From: Chrysemys picta bellii
Lineage: Eukaryota
Length of the DNA stretch: 64,000 nucleotides
Assembly: GCF_011386835.1 (NCBI RefSeq)
Contig: NC_088810.1
Coordinates: 23,374,001 to 23,438,000, forward strand
Reading direction: 5' to 3'
The notes beneath the pieces were generated by a model, which saw only the letters and a list, made by a program, of their open reading frames with translations, made no database searches and was not told where the DNA came from. Both the position numbers and the translations under genes were made by a program. Position 1 is the first letter of the stretch. Each line of letters starts with the position of its first letter. Shown here piece after piece: positions 12,094 through 26,201 of the stretch.

Positions 12094-13422
12094 ATAGAGT
12101 GAAATTCACTCCCAGGCACAGAGTCATCACAAAGGCTCGTACTATACTTAACTCCTTGCTAGGACGTAGTTTGAAAGTTTAAAGTAGAACTAAAGTTTTC
12201 CATAGGTATTGTTCTATCCCCCTGCCAAAGGGTGAATTTGAGACTGAAGGCCATGGAATACTTCCAATTGATTACAAAAGGAATTGGATCTGAGATAGGG
12301 ATGGAGGTTGTGAGAATGCAGAAAAATAGATCTTCTTTGGACTTCATCCCCTTGGACTTCATCCCACTAGGAAAGTCCGATTCCATTCACTCTCTTTCTA
12401 ACCCAAGAGCTGTCAAAGTAGGGTCCATTTTTCATTTAAGACTCAATCTTGCACATTCTCTCTGTGATTTTTAACAGGGAATAGGGTTTTCTTCCATAAT
12501 TATCTTGTGTCGTTATTTGAAGCCAAAGTTGGGGATTTTAGGAGCACCATATGCAACCAGGAAACATATTTCCTATTAACTGAATATAGAATTAGGGCAT
12601 TTAAATCTTTAAAGTAACATTAGAAAGTCCCTTAGCCATTTTTAGCTTGGATAGATTAGGAAGAAACTTTGCCACCTTCGTCCATAAATGGGCAATTCAG
12701 GAGTTTTCTTTATTCTGAAGTAGCTGTTACTCCTCACTATTGGAGCCAGGAGAATTATTAAGGTGACAACTGGTGTGCTCCAGTCTAGCAATTTCTAAAT
12801 TCTTATGAAGAGAAATACCCATTGAAGATGCTTTTCCTCAGATGGTGTAATTTATTGTCGCTCCATGGAAGCCATTTTACCGGAGTACAAGGTCTGAGGA
12901 TCTTGTCCTTAATTATTTATTTGGAGAAAGGAAAAGTTTCTGTACTTCATTAGCAAGTATTGGTGACTCCCAAGGTTCAGAAAACCAAAGAGCCACACTC
13001 TGACACTGGACACAACGGGTTTGCATGCAGAGGTTGAATCCTCAAAGGAAAGGAAAAGATCAGCATTATCCCAGCCATGTTCTCTTTGAGAAATGTCTAT
13101 AATGGACACAGCATACCAGGTATCCTTCAAAGAAATAATGACACTTATTCCAGGTGGTGACAAGTCATTCAGAGGGTTTCAAAGGGGACAATTGGGAGGT
13201 AGGTTTGGTGGGATTGGATAAGAGGCAAAGAAAAAGGAAATAGGAACAAAAACATAGCCACAAATATAGGGTCTAAGTCCTCTCCTCCTCTCTCTCTCGG
13301 GTCCCACCTAGACCTCACTATTATAGTAACTGAGGTTTGAGTTCTTTCTTCCACTGTCATTGGTAAGTTTTCTTTACTCTAGTCCCTGTTGTGTGTTTCA
13401 GGTTTATCTCTCTCAAAGAAAG

Positions 13423-13791
13423 ATGTCTTGTTCCAACCGGTGCTATCCAGAATGCGGGGTGGCCCGTACCAGTCCAGTTTCTGGCAGCTGCAACGAACTG
13501 TGCGTTAGGCAGTGTCCTGACTCTGAAGTCATCATCAGACCATCACCGGTTGTCGTAACCATCCCAGGACCAATTCTTAGCAATTTCCCCTATAGAGGCC
13601 ATTACGGAAGATTGTAAGGTTATGGGGGATTAGGTGGTTACGCGGGCCATTATGGTTACGGGGGATTGAGTGGTCACGGGGGCCATTATGGTGGACTGTG
13701 TGATTAAGGTGGAAGTTACGGTTACGGGGGAGCATGCGGTTCTAGGGTATATTGCCATAGGTACCTGAGTGGAAGCTGTACACCAGGTTAA
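13423..13791 (+). pseudogene. Truncated A-type CBP pseudogene, copy 1
   Basis: 84 bp in-frame deletion after NFP, TAT>TAA at 13615-13617 and a second TAA downstream. Promoter deleted at ~12332 and exon-1 donor mutated. Confidence 0.85.
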
Positions 13792-14698
13792 ACCCTGCAG
13801 GTATATCAATGGTAAAAGAAAAGACCAGGAAATGAACAACAAGCTAGAGATTCAGACAGAGATTTCAGAAGTGCTGGGCAGGCATGGCTCCACTTGAATT
13901 CAATGCAAACTGTGTCTGCTCAGCCCCTTTCGATCACAGACCGATTGCTAATATTATGCTTATAAACTTTCTGCCAATGCTTTCCCAACCACGCGCTTAT
14001 TCTCCTAGTCACATGTGGACTCATTCTGAATTGCACTTAAGCTGTTTGCACTAACCCCGCAGTGTGAAGGAAACAGGGGCCTTAAGACAGGCATCAGCTG
14101 TATTTATTATCACTTTAATTTGTTTGTCCAACTCTGTACCTGCAGCAAAGGAAAAAGAACATCTTGCCTCAAATGCATCCCAAGGAAGCGGGTGATCAGT
14201 CCCAGACCTTTTGGAAATACTTGAAATAAATACTTTCTGCTCTGTATTATTTCTTTCTGTAACTGTGAATTGCAAATTTCATTCTCATTAAAAACTATGC
14301 TGCATTATAATATTAATCTTCTGGTTGTCCTTGTTCCTCCCTCCTTGTTTAAAAATCGTGCTGGAGGAAATTCCTCCCTGTATAGCCGGCAGCACCAGGA
14401 ACTTCTAAGTTGCAACTTTCGAAGGCATGGAGTGATAGGAGAATAAAGCCCTTAAAGTGGTTCAAAACATTATTCAGGCCGTCTGCACAGGGGTGGAGTT
14501 CTTCCTTGCATTATCCGTGTAGCAAAAAGCCTTTTCCTGCTAAGACTTACACAGATTTTCAATTTAAAATGTCAATATTTCCTTCGATTTCAAAAAGACC
14601 AATCACATGGTTCGTGGAAAGTGTCTGTGTTAATCTTTGCTGGACAGCGACCCAGATTTTCAGAAGGAAAAGAAAATTGGCCATCCCTAAAGACAAAT

Positions 14699-14978
14699 AC
14701 CAAATGCAAAATTACATTAGAATGAAAATGAAACATCCCCAAATGCTGTAACTTTAAATCATGTCCTTATTAAAAGAATGAGATGAGAGATCTTGACCTC
14801 TGTTTTTTTACGTGATTCTATTAGTCAATGCAGAGGCATCTAATCCCAAAAATATTTAATAATATTCTAAAAATACAATCGCATTTACGAAACACCAATG
14901 AGTGTTCTTAGGTGCTTTGATATCTTGAGTTCTAAGAACGCTGAACAATTTCCAGTCTTAACATCCTTACTATCCCCT
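14699..14978 (-). other. 280 bp inverted, locally templated insertion with a 16 bp flanking duplication
   Basis: Reverse complement of ~24718-24996; ATCCCTAAAGACAAAT at 14683-14698 and again at 14979-14994. Confidence 0.8.
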
Positions 14979-17228
14979 ATCCCTAAAGACAAATTACACT
15001 ACATCAAAGTCAGGTTTTTTTAGGAAACTGTTCCTCACTGCACTCCATCTTACCAGTTACCATTTTTATACAAACCCCCCGAGTGCACCATAGCTTGATA
15101 TTGCAGGAACTGCACATACCAAGACTGCATTTTCTACTATTTTCTTCAACATTTTCATGGCTCTCAATTCCTAGAAGATGAATATTTTCTACTGATTAAA
15201 GAAAGGTATTTCCTTAGTGGTTGGTATGTACGTTTGAGCAGACTAGAATTATCTCGTACCATCATTTTTCCCATTTGAATTCAATATTGATAGTTTTATT
15301 CTTGCACTGCGCATTAACAAGCTTGAAATGTACACACTTGTAATTCCTTTGGACAATTATTATCCTCATGTATGAAGAAGGCTGTGTTAAAGAGACGTCC
15401 CACCCTGTACCTCGTTTCCCAAATCTGAAAGAAGTCATTACCATTCGGTCACTATGACTCATTATAGAAATGTGTTTCCAAGGAAAGAAAAAGTAGAAAA
15501 CACAGTGCAGATGGTGACTTCATCCCAATGGGTGCTATGCGTTAAAGCAAGATTTTGACGCTTGAATTATGTACTGTGATTTGCAGTGCTAACACTCAAG
15601 GAAAGGAGAGAAATTGACAGACTTGTAATTCCTTTGGAGAGTGTTGTCCTCAAGTATGAAGAAGAAACAATTAAAGTGGTTCAAACATTAGTCATTTTTT
15701 TATCGTGGATGCTTAGATCCAAGGATGCACACACTATTTAACAAGACCTGTTACTAATGTTGTCCTGTAATAGAGTCTAACAGGGATGAACCTCGAGCTT
15801 GAACTGTGGTAGGGAGGATCAGAACTATTGGGTTCAAAGCACTTCGTAAACATTCCTTGGTGTTTCACACATAAAAAGGGTTGTATTCTTAGAAGATTAG
15901 TAAATTGTTCCTGGGATTAGACGCCTGTGCAATGAGTAATAGAGTCACTTAAAAAAAAATAGAGGCCAAGGTCTCTCGTGTCATTCCTTTAATCAGGTCA
16001 CGATTCAAAGCCAAAGAATTTGGGGATATTTCATTTTCATTCCAATGTAATTTTACATTTGGTGTATTTATAGGAAAATGAAGGTGCTCTCTTGGTGTTA
16101 ATCAGCACAGTTGCTTCAAATTGAAAGAAGTTCAGGGTCTTAAAGTCAAAGGAAGACATTTCTGCCTTCTTCCCTGGATACAGAATGTACTGCTAGAGAT
16201 ATATTTTACACTTAAAACAACATTCTGGTTCTTGCAGGAATGGTTTATGCAACATAACCTATGGCTGGTCGGACTCTATATCATAATCACAGCCAACAGC
16301 CCTTTCCTCCTTCACCCATAATCCATGACTTCCATCTCTCCTGGGCTTCTTCCAGGCCTTAGTCAGCTGCATTATCTTGCAAGACCTCAGTTTCTTGTCA
16401 GCTCAGTCATAGAGAGATGGTTTCTAACAGAGTACAAATTCAACCATTTAACTCAAAAGCTTTCTAGAAAAGAGCAGAGCTTCCTTTAACTCCCCACTAT
16501 CCCTTCCATTGACCCATGAGCAAATCTGGTCTAGGCAACCTTTTGAGATAGCATCGGTGACACAAGTGGAGGTCCAATGTTAGATCAAGTTTTAATCACC
16601 CTAAGTTTAAATTCACCTCTGGGCAGAGGGCCATCACAAAGGCCCATGCTCTACTGAAGTCCCTGCTAAGACATAGTTTGAAAGTTTAAAGTGGGGCTAA
16701 AGTTGTCCATAGGCATCGTACTATCCCTCTGCCAAAAGGTGAATGTGAGACTTAAGGTCATGACAGGAAAGACACTGAAGGCAATGGAATGATTCTGATT
16801 GTTTTCCGAGGGAATCGGATCTCACCCGTTGGGGATGGAGCTTTTGAGAAGGCAGAAAAATGGCTCTTTGCTTCCTAGCAAGTTTATAATGAACTGTCCA
16901 ATGCCCCTAACTATGACCCGCATGAACTGAAAGGACCAAAGTGGATTTCTGCTCATGACAGCCAATTGTGCTGCTGATGCAATTCTAAATCACCTTGACA
17001 TGCATTCTCATTGCACCACCAAGAAAGCCATTGGAATGATACTAAGTACGCAGATTACAACGTGCATGTCACTCCCTTTGAGGCTGAGATTAGCCCAATA
17101 CTCCCAAACCCTGAGAAAACAGCTCCATCAAAAGGAGGATTTAACAAGGCCATTAAGATTGTTTGGTAACTAATTGGGACTTCCTGTACAAAAAACAACG
17201 CAGATCCTCCAGGCAGTCCTAGAAACTG

Positions 17229-17302
17229 TATAAAAGCACTCACGACTCAGGGTTCTTCTAAACACTTCTCCGGACTTCAGCTCCTCGGTCAACTGGGTAA
17301 GT
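17229..17302 (+). promoter_or_regulatory. TATA box, exon 1 and donor of CBP 18365
   Basis: TATAAAA 17229-17235; GTAAGT at 17297. Confidence 0.8.
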
Positions 17303-18364
17303 CCAATTTGACTCAATCTATTTCTAACCCAAGAGATGTCACAGTAGGATCCATTTCCATTTAAGACTGAATCTTGCATGTATTCGCTGTGATTTTTATC
17401 AGGAATGACAGTGTTGTTCCATAATTCTCTTGTGTAGATATTCAGTAGCAAGTTGTGGTGGATCCATGATTTGAAGCCAACGGTGGGGAGTTTAGGAGCA
17501 CCAGATGCAATTGAGAAACATATGTCCTATTAACTGGCAATCCAAATAGGGAATTTAAATCTTTAAATTAACTTTAGAAACTTTCTTAGCCATTTTTCTC
17601 TTGGCTAGATTAGGAAGAAACTTTCCCAGTTTAGTCCCTACACAGCCAATTTAGGGGTCTTCTACTTTATTCTGAAGTAGCTCTTATTCCTTGGTATAGG
17701 AGGCAGGAGAATGATTAAACTGACAAATGGTGTGATCAGGTATAGGAATTCCAACGTTCTTATGAGCAGAAATACCCACTGAAGATTCTTCTCCTCAGAT
17801 GGTGTAATTTAGGGTCGCTCCACGGATCTGAACCCAGTTTACCAGAGCTGAGGATCTTGTCTTAGTGATTTATTTGGAGAAAAGAAAAGTTTCTGTTTAT
17901 TCATCAGCAAGTATTGCGGACTCCCAAGGTTTAGAAAACCAATAAGCCACACTCTGAGCCTGGCCTCAACTAGTTTCTACGCAGAGATTGAATCGTCAAA
18001 GGAAAAGAAATGATAGCAGTATCCCAGTCATGTTCTCTTTCAGAAATGTCTATAATGGACGGCGAATCCCAGGGGTCCATCAATGAAATAATTACACTTA
18101 TTCCAGGCGGTGTTTTTCAGACAAAATCATTGAGAAGGGATCAACGGTACCCATTGGGAGGGAAGTGTAGCGTGAGTGGATAAGAGGTATAGAAAGAGGA
18201 AATAGGAACAAATACATAGCCACGAACCTGGCTCTCTCTCGGGCCCCACGGTGACCTCACTGTAATCGTAACCGAATTTTGAATCCTTTCTTTCCCTGTC
18301 ATTGGTACATTTTCTTTACTGTATTCCCTGTTGTGTGTTTCAGGTTTATCTCCATCACAGAAAG

Positions 18365-18889
18365 ATGTCTTGCTCCAGCCTGTGCTATCCAGAATGTGGG
18401 GTGGCCCGACCCAGTCCAGTTTCTGGCAGCTGCAATGAGCCGTGCGTTAGGCAGTGTCCTGACTCTGAAGTCATCATCAGACCATCACCGGTTGTCGTAA
18501 CCATCCCAGGACCAATTCTCAGCAATTTCCCTCAGCAGAGTGAAGTGGGAGCCGTTGGAGCACCTGTGGTCGGAGCGGGCTATGGGGGCTCATTCGGTTT
18601 GGGCGGATTGTACGGCTATGGAGGCCATTACGGAGGATTGTATGGTTTGGGGGGATTAGGTGGTTACGGGGGCCGTTATGGTTATGGGGGAGGTTATGGG
18701 GGTGGTTACGGGGGATTGTGTGGTTACGGGGGCCGTTATGGTTATGGGGGGTTGAGTGGTTACGGCGGCCGTTATGGTGGACTGTGTGGTTACGGAGGAG
18801 GTTACGGGGGAGGTTACGGTTATGGGGGAGCATGCGGTTCCGGGGTATCTTGCCATAGGTACCTGAGTGGAAGCTGTACACCATGTTAA
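18365..18889 (+). CDS. Corneous beta-protein, 174 aa, B-type upstream region
   Basis: Intact core box and tail; intron 17297-18343. Confidence 0.95.
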   Translation: MSCSSLCYPECGVARPSPVSGSCNEPCVRQCPDSEVIIRPSPVVVTIPGPILSNFPQQSEVGAVGAPVVGAGYGGSFGLGGLYGYGGHYGGLYGLGGLGGYGGRYGYGGGYGGGYGGLCGYGGRYGYGGLSGYGGRYGGLCGYGGGYGGGYGYGGACGSGVSCHRYLSGSCTPC

Positions 18890-20672
18890 ACCTGGCAGGA
18901 ATATCAATGGTAAAAGAAAAGACCAGGAAATGAACAACAAGCTAGAGATTCAGAGATTTCAGAAGTGCTGGGCAGGCATGGCTCCACTTGAATTCAATGC
19001 GAACTGTGTCTGCTCAGCCCCTTTATCTCATAGAGCGATTGCTAATATTATGCTCATAAACTCTTTCTGCCAATACTTTCCCAACCACGTGCTTATTCTC
19101 CTAGTCACACGTGGACTCGTTCTGAATTGCACTCAGGCTGTTTTCACTAGCCCTGCAGTGTGAAGGAAACAGGGGCCTTAAGACAGGCATCAGTTGTATT
19201 TATTATCACTTTAATTTGTTTGTACAACTCTGCACCTGCATAAAGGAAAAAGAACATCTTGCCTCAAATGCATCCCGACAAAGCGGGTGATCGGTCCCAG
19301 CCCTTTTGGAAATACTTGAAATGCATCCTTTCTGCTCTGTATTATTTCTTTCTGTAACTGCATTGCAAATTCATTCTCATTAAAAACCATGCTGCATCAT
19401 AATATCAATCTTCTGGTTTTCCTTGTTCCTCCCTCCTTGTTTAAAAATCGTGCTGGAGAAAATTCATCCCTGTAGAGCAGGCAGCACCAGACACTTCTCA
19501 AGTTGCAACTTTCGAAGGTGTGGAGTGAGAGGAGAATAAAGCACTTTAATGTAAATATTTCCTTTGATTCCAAAACACCAATCTCATGGTTCGTGGAAAG
19601 TGTCTGTGTGAGTCTTTGCTGGTTAGCGACCCAGATTTTCAGAAGGAAAAGAAAATTGGCCATCCCTAAAGACAAATTACACTACACTAAAGTCATCTAC
19701 AGCAGTCAGGAATCTCCTTTGTGATATGAAGAGATTAGTACACAGACCAGTACTTCAGTATAAGAATCGAATGGTTTTTTAGGAAGCTGTTCCTCACTGC
19801 ACTCCATAGTACCATTTTTATACAAACCCAGGGGCTGCACCATAGCTTGATATTGCAGGAACTGCACATACCAAGATTGCATTTTCTACCATGTTTTTCT
19901 TCAACATGTTCATGGCTCACAGTGCCCAGAAGATGAATATTTTCCACTGATCACATTTTTGATTTGACAACACAAAATAAAAAATGTATCCAGACCTTCC
20001 TGGCTCTTCACTGACATGATGTAATACTCACATAATGAGGGGAGATTTATCCATCTGCCACCGGGTTTTATTTAAGGGCAATACAGCTCTATTCCTCAAT
20101 GTCAGAATACACCTAATGACCCCTCCTTGGAATGGAAGAACACAGGCATTGCTGCAGCAAATCAGGCCTCTCTCCCACAGTGGTGAATGCCAGAGGCTTC
20201 ACAGGGAGCTGCAAGAAACCCCGTAGAACACAGGTATGGGATCACCTGCCCATAGAGGAACTTTTTCATTATCCCCCGTCAATCCGATCTACCTCCATTA
20301 TTGGATGATACCCTGAAGCACAAGAGTTTATATCCTTGCCAAGCTTGTAGAAATGCAGAAAATCCATCTCAGTTGGAATTTGCTCCAGAGTATTGCAAGC
20401 ACCATTCTCTCTGCATCACCGAGGCCCACTATGTTGATAATAGAGGAAGCAAATAGCCAGGCAGGCATTAGAAGAAAGACCCATCATATGAAATATGAGA
20501 AACATTAGTCATCTTTCCAGAGGTGTTGGTTAAATGCAGCTCTTTTATTATTTCACAAAGAGTTCGATTTACTCAGCAGTTCTCAAAACTAGGGCTATGC
20601 TCTAAAACCTCAATCTGCATCTTGCTGTTCATTTCCTGGTTCTTCCTTTTTCTTTGGATATGCCTACTGGGT

Positions 20673-21069
20673 TTACCTACGGCCCCATCACCACCCCCAC
20701 AACCCTATATTCCTCCCACAACCATATGGTACCTTGTAACCATAGAATCTCTCCTAACCATACGGACCCCGATAACCATGTCATGTCCCATAACCACAGG
20801 GACCCCCCACAACCATATAAGCCTCCATAACGTTATAAGGCTCTATCACCACATACCCCACATCACCACCTCCAATGTCAGCTGCTGCTGAAGATCCCAC
20901 TACGCTTTCCTGAGGGAAAGAACTGAGAATTGGTCCTCAGAAGGTCATGACAGCGAGGGGTGGTTGGATCAGCACTGTGGGCTCAGGGCACGACCTTATG
21001 TAAGGCCTGTTGAAGCTGTCCACACGTGCCTTGTGGAGTGTCACTCCACGCATTTGTGAAACAAGACAT
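20673..21069 (-). pseudogene. C-type CBP pseudogene, copy 2 (the only copy retaining a promoter relic)
   Basis: Same lesions as 10802-11198, in reverse orientation. Confidence 0.85.
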
Positions 21070-21111
21070 CTTTCTGCACTGGCGATAAATCGGAGACACA
21101 TAGCAGGGAAG

Positions 21112-21175
21112 AAATAAAATTTATTTTATTTATTTATTTTAATTTTTATTTATTTATTTAAAAAATTAATTTAAG
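21112..21175. repeat. AT-rich (TTTA)n-like insertion in the C-type intron
   Basis: Absent from the other three C-type copies at the homologous site. Confidence 0.6.
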
Positions 21176-22167
21176 ACAGTAGTTTTATGTGTGTGGACAA
21201 GTGGAATAAAAAATTTTATATTGAGCACCTAATTCAATTGAAGTCACATAGACACCTACGGAGAGAGACAGAAGGAGAGTGAAAGAAAGAAAGAAAAAGA
21301 AAGAAAGAAAAACTAACCAGCTGTTTTGAATCCTTGTTACTTTCTTTGTCCGAAATAACCCTGTCTCTAAGCAGTATTTAATTTCTATCACTAATGCTTG
21401 GGATTTTCAGTCCATTAAAATTATAACACAGAACTTGGCTGGGATAGCATTAATAATGCCATTTTCCTTGTTAGGATGTAACCTCTAACTAGAAATGAGT
21501 TCAGGACAGCATGAAAATGTGTTGGTTTGATGTATAAACCTCAGTGTGTCACCAACACTTGCTGATCAGGGAAGGGAAGTGTTTGGCTTTTTAAAAAAAT
21601 CAAAACAAAACACTAAACACCACTTCCTCAGCTGGTATAAATCCATTCACTGGAGCTACACTAAGTGAGACCAGATGAGGACCTGCACCTATATTCCCTT
21701 TTGCATATGAGAAGGTAGCAATTGCCATGCAGGAAGGGACTAGTGGCCCATCCAATGCAGTATCATGTCTCAATGAGTGTCGCTTACCAGCTTCTTCAGA
21801 AGACAGCAGAAGAAGAACGAATTAAGCCTCTATGGAGGAAATTTAGGGAGTTTCTTCCAAAACCCTACATGAAAAATTGGGGGTGCGAATTTTCAGAGCT
21901 ACCAAAGGGATTTGAATGCCCAAGTTCCAACTGAAATCAATAGGAACTACTTTCCCAAATGCATCCCTTGCTCTTAAAATCCAACTCTTAACTTCTAAAC
22001 CATGAAGAAAGCAATGCCTGCCGCTCAGTAATAGGAAAAATAGTGAGAAAAACAAATCTCTTCCCATTGTTAAGAATCACAAGTGTGTATGTCTAAGATT
22101 CAGTGCTAAATTAAAAGGATCACGAACGCATCATCTGAATGATTCCACAGATAGCGAGTCGAATACG

Positions 22168-22240
22168 ACTTATTCATTTCACAGAGGAGAATAAGTTAGA
22201 GAAGTGGTTAGAAGACTTTGGAATCTTGAGTGTTTTTATA
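22168..22240 (-). promoter_or_regulatory. Degenerate TATA/exon-1 relic, probably belonging to the C-type pseudogene at 21069
   Basis: TATAAAA at 22240-22234 in a CBP-promoter-like context. The donor-equivalent reads ATAAGT (GT lost), ~1.1 kb upstream of the pseudogene ATG. Confidence 0.6.
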
Positions 22241-25200
22241 TAGTTTTGTAGACTGCCTGGGTGGACTTCAGAGGCGCTGTGCGCCTGAACACCTCTTTAA
22301 TTACAAAACAAACTTTGCGTAACTCCTTCAATTGATGTAGTTTTTTCCCCCCTCTGCGGTTCTGATGATTAGTTTGTTCCTAACTGCACATGGTGTGACA
22401 TGCACCTTACACCCTGAAACTGTCTTTCATCTTAAAATTTTATGGGCCAGCTACATTCCTGCTTTTATTCAACTGACTTCACTGATGCTGCAATAGGATA
22501 TATGGAAGCTTAAAATGGTAACTGTCCAATGTAATAGAGAAGCCATGGTGAGTATGTGGCCTATTATCGGGATTTATTTCTGACTCTGCCACATGCTCCC
22601 GATATATTCTTCACCTCTATGTGCTTGTTGACCTCCACATAAATCTGATCTAATATTGACATTGTGCTCAATGATCATAGCTTCCTCAAATCAAAGGACT
22701 TCAAAGTATATCACACTCATTAAAGTTGCCTGTGTCCACTGTGTTGCATTATTTTAATGGGAGAATATTTTTCTTGGGAGTAGATGCCTCCAAGTTGTGG
22801 ATTAGACTAATTTTGGAAGTGCATGTTTAGGTTTCTGATGTCATTCCAATAGAGAGTTCATGACTCCTAGCCTCTGAATTTGGGGCTCTTTGATTTTCAT
22901 TCAAAAAAGCTTTTCATTTCCCTTTCTTTAAGAAACATTCCTTTGTAAAGCTCAAGGGGCAGATGCTGAGCCCGGGTACATTAGCACAATTCCACACACG
23001 TCAATTGAGGGAAGGCATTGACACAGCTGAGGTAAGAAGAAATGGCATTGGGGGGTATTTCGTACTTTACAAAACATTCTAATTACGGCGGAAAAGCTTT
23101 CTGCAGAATGCCCCAGGTTGGTCAAACTTGAATTAATCCAATCTCCTCTCACAGAAAGTTGACCACAGAAGAAGTACTCCTCAACTCTGTCTGTTTTGTG
23201 CTTCTTCCTATGCTTTACAAGCTGAATTCTCTTACAGGACCCAATTCCCTTGGCTGCTCATGAATGGAGATGCAGTAGCTGATGTTTCCCATTGACTTCA
23301 CTGTACATTGGAAGTTGCGGTTGCGGGTGAAAGTGCCGAGTACGCTCAGACAGATGCACTCCACACAAGATTGTCTCTAAGCTAGCCTGGATAAAGTGCC
23401 TTTCTTCAGTTTGAAGCTGTGCTGGTACACACTGGCTCAACGTCCACCCTTCAACTGTAAAGTAGATGTAAAAGGGAAATGCAAAGGTACCTTGAATGAA
23501 AATCAAAGAGCCCCAGTTTCCGAGGCTGCGGATTACAAACTGAATACTGGAAGTAAATATTATTACTACTATAATAATACATGTCTTTGGCAGTATAAAA
23601 CTGGATGAGTGGTTATGAAGTGCTTTGAAATGCTTAGATCAAAGAAAGCCTCAGACAATCCATTTTGAAAGTTATTATTATATTATTTTCCATAGAGGTG
23701 AATGAAGGTCAGACAGGGAGTGATTGGCAGAGTCGGAAAAAACACACCATAGTTGGAAGTATTCATGTCAAAAATTAACTCCATCTCTTGAACCCCACTG
23801 GACACTTACCGTTCAGTGCTTCCAACTATGTCACTCATCTGAGAGTAACTCTTAGAGAGGCTCATTCTGGAATTTTTCTTATTTTATTCTGATGATTTTG
23901 GGGGAAATTTTTTGGTGAAACATCTTTTGATCTAAACGTGAACCATAATCAACAATCAAGGGTTTTGCACTCCACTATAATGCCCTTTCTTTGAAGGTGT
24001 TGGTTCAGTGGAGGGTATTTACATTTGAGCAGGTTTAAATTATCTGGCATCAAATTGAATTGAATTGAATGATCTGGTACTACATTTGAATTCAATATGA
24101 AGAGTTTTATTCCTGTACAAAACATGAACAAGCTTGAAATGTACACACTTGTAATTTCTTTGGACAATTATTATCCTCATGTATAAAGAAGGCTATGTTA
24201 AAGAGACGTCCCACCCTGTACCTCATTTCACAAATCTGAAAGAATTCATTACCATTGGGTCACTTTGACCCATGAGAGCGATGTGTTTCCAAGGACAGAA
24301 AAAGTAGCACACACACTGCAGTTGGCGACTCTGTCCCAATGGTTGACATGCCTTAAAGCAAGTTTTTGAAGCTTGAATTATACATTGGGATTTACAATGT
24401 TATCATATGCATGGAAAAGAAATTAACCGACTTGTAATTCCTGTGGTGAAGTATTGTAATAATGTATAAAGGAGATACAGGTAAAGTGGACCAAAATTAG
24501 CCAGGTTTTTTATCGTTGATGCTTAGATCCAAGGATGCACACATTCTTTAACAAGATATATTGCAAACCTTATCTTCTAAAAGAGAGTAACAGGGATGAA
24601 GCACGTGCTTAGCCTGTGGTGGGAGGAGTCAGAAGTATTGGGTTGTATTTCTGTTTCTGCAACTCACACTCGTGCAACCTTCACCTCAATGAGCTTCTTT
24701 TTTTATACCTATAAAACTGGGATAGTAAGGATGTTAAGACTGGAAATTGTTCAGCGTTCTTAGAACTCAAGATATCAAAGCACCTAAGAACACTCATTGG
24801 TGTTTCGTAAATGCGATTGTATTTTTAGAATATTATTAAATATATTTGGGATTAGATGCCTCTGCATTGACTAATAGATTCACGTAAAAAAACAGAGGTC
24901 AAGATCTCTCATCTCATTCTTTTAATAAGGACAAGATTTAAAGCTACAGCATTTGGGGATGTTTCATTTTCATTCTAATGTAATTTTGAATTTGGTATTT
25001 TTAAATTATTTTTATAGGAAAAGGAAGGTGCTCTCTTGATGTAAATCAGCAGAGTTGCTTCATCTTCAAAGCGATTCAGGGCCTGAAAATCAAAGGAAGA
25101 TATTTCTGCCTTCTTCCCGGATACAGAGGCACTCCTGGAGATACAGTTTACACTTAAAACAACATTCCAGTTCTTGCAGGATTGTTTTCTGCAACATGGC

Positions 25201-26127
25201 CTATAGCTGGTCAGATTTTATGTCATATCTCATCCCACAGCACTCTCCTCCTTTACTAAGACTCCATGATTTCAACCTCTCCTGGGCTTCTTCCAGGCTT
25301 CGTCAGCTGCATTATCTTGCAAGACCTCAGTTTCTTGTCAGCTCAGTCACAGAGAGACGGTTTCTGAGGGAGTACAACTTTCACAGCTTAACTCAAAACC
25401 TTTCTGTAGAAGAGCACTGCTTCCTTTCACTCCCTACCGTCCCTTCCCCTGACCCATAAGTAAATCAACTCTAGGCATCCCTCTGAGACAGCATTGGTGA
25501 CACAAGTGGAGGTCCAATTCTAGGTCAGATTTGAATAACTGTAGAGTGAAATTCACTCCCAGGCAGAGGGTCATCAGAAAGGCTCGTACTATACTTAAGT
25601 CCTTGCTAAGATGTAGTTTGAAAGTTTAAAGTAGAACTAAAGTTTTCCATAGGCATTGTTCTATCCCCCTGCCAAAGTGTGAATTTGAGACTGAAGGCCA
25701 TGGAATATTTCCGATTGATTACGAAGGGAATTGGATCTGAGATGGGGATGGAGGTCGTGAGAATGCAGAAAAATAGCTCTCTGCTTCCTAGCAAGATTAT
25801 AATGAAATGTCCCGTGCCCCTAACAATGACCTGTATGAACTGAAAGGACCAAAGGGGATATCTGCTCATGACAGCCAGTTGTGCTACTGATGCAGCCCTG
25901 AATCACCTTGACATGCATTCTCATTCCACCACCAAGAAAGTCAGTGGAATGACACAACGAATGCAGACTGCAACGTGCATTCTTAGGATTATCCCAGTAA
26001 TCCCAAACCCTGAGAAAACAGCATGTTCAAAAGGAGGATTTACCGAGGCAATCAAGTTTGTTTGGTAGCTAATTGGGACATCCTGTAAGAGACGCATCAC
26101 AAATCCTCCAGGCAGTCCTAGAAACTG

Positions 26128-26201
26128 TATAAAAGCATTCACGGCTCAGATCTCCTCTAAACGCTTCTTTGGACTTCATCCCCTCGGTGAACTGGGTAAG
26201 T
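26128..26201 (+). promoter_or_regulatory. TATA box, exon 1 and donor of CBP 27250
   Basis: TATAAAA 26128-26134; GTAAGT at 26196. Confidence 0.8.

Larger units (their letters stand above)
1..18900 (+). repeat. First unit of the tandem segmental duplication (left end outside the window)
   Basis: Colinear high identity with 24552-~42200, with several indels. Confidence 0.85.

Noticed and set aside
25055-25459. Recurrent 60-134 aa intergenic ORFs that look conserved (25055, 50250, 8394, 3597, 11898 and others)
   Set aside because: They recur only because of recent duplication, are broken by indels in sister copies, often start at non-ATG codons and have no recognisable domain.
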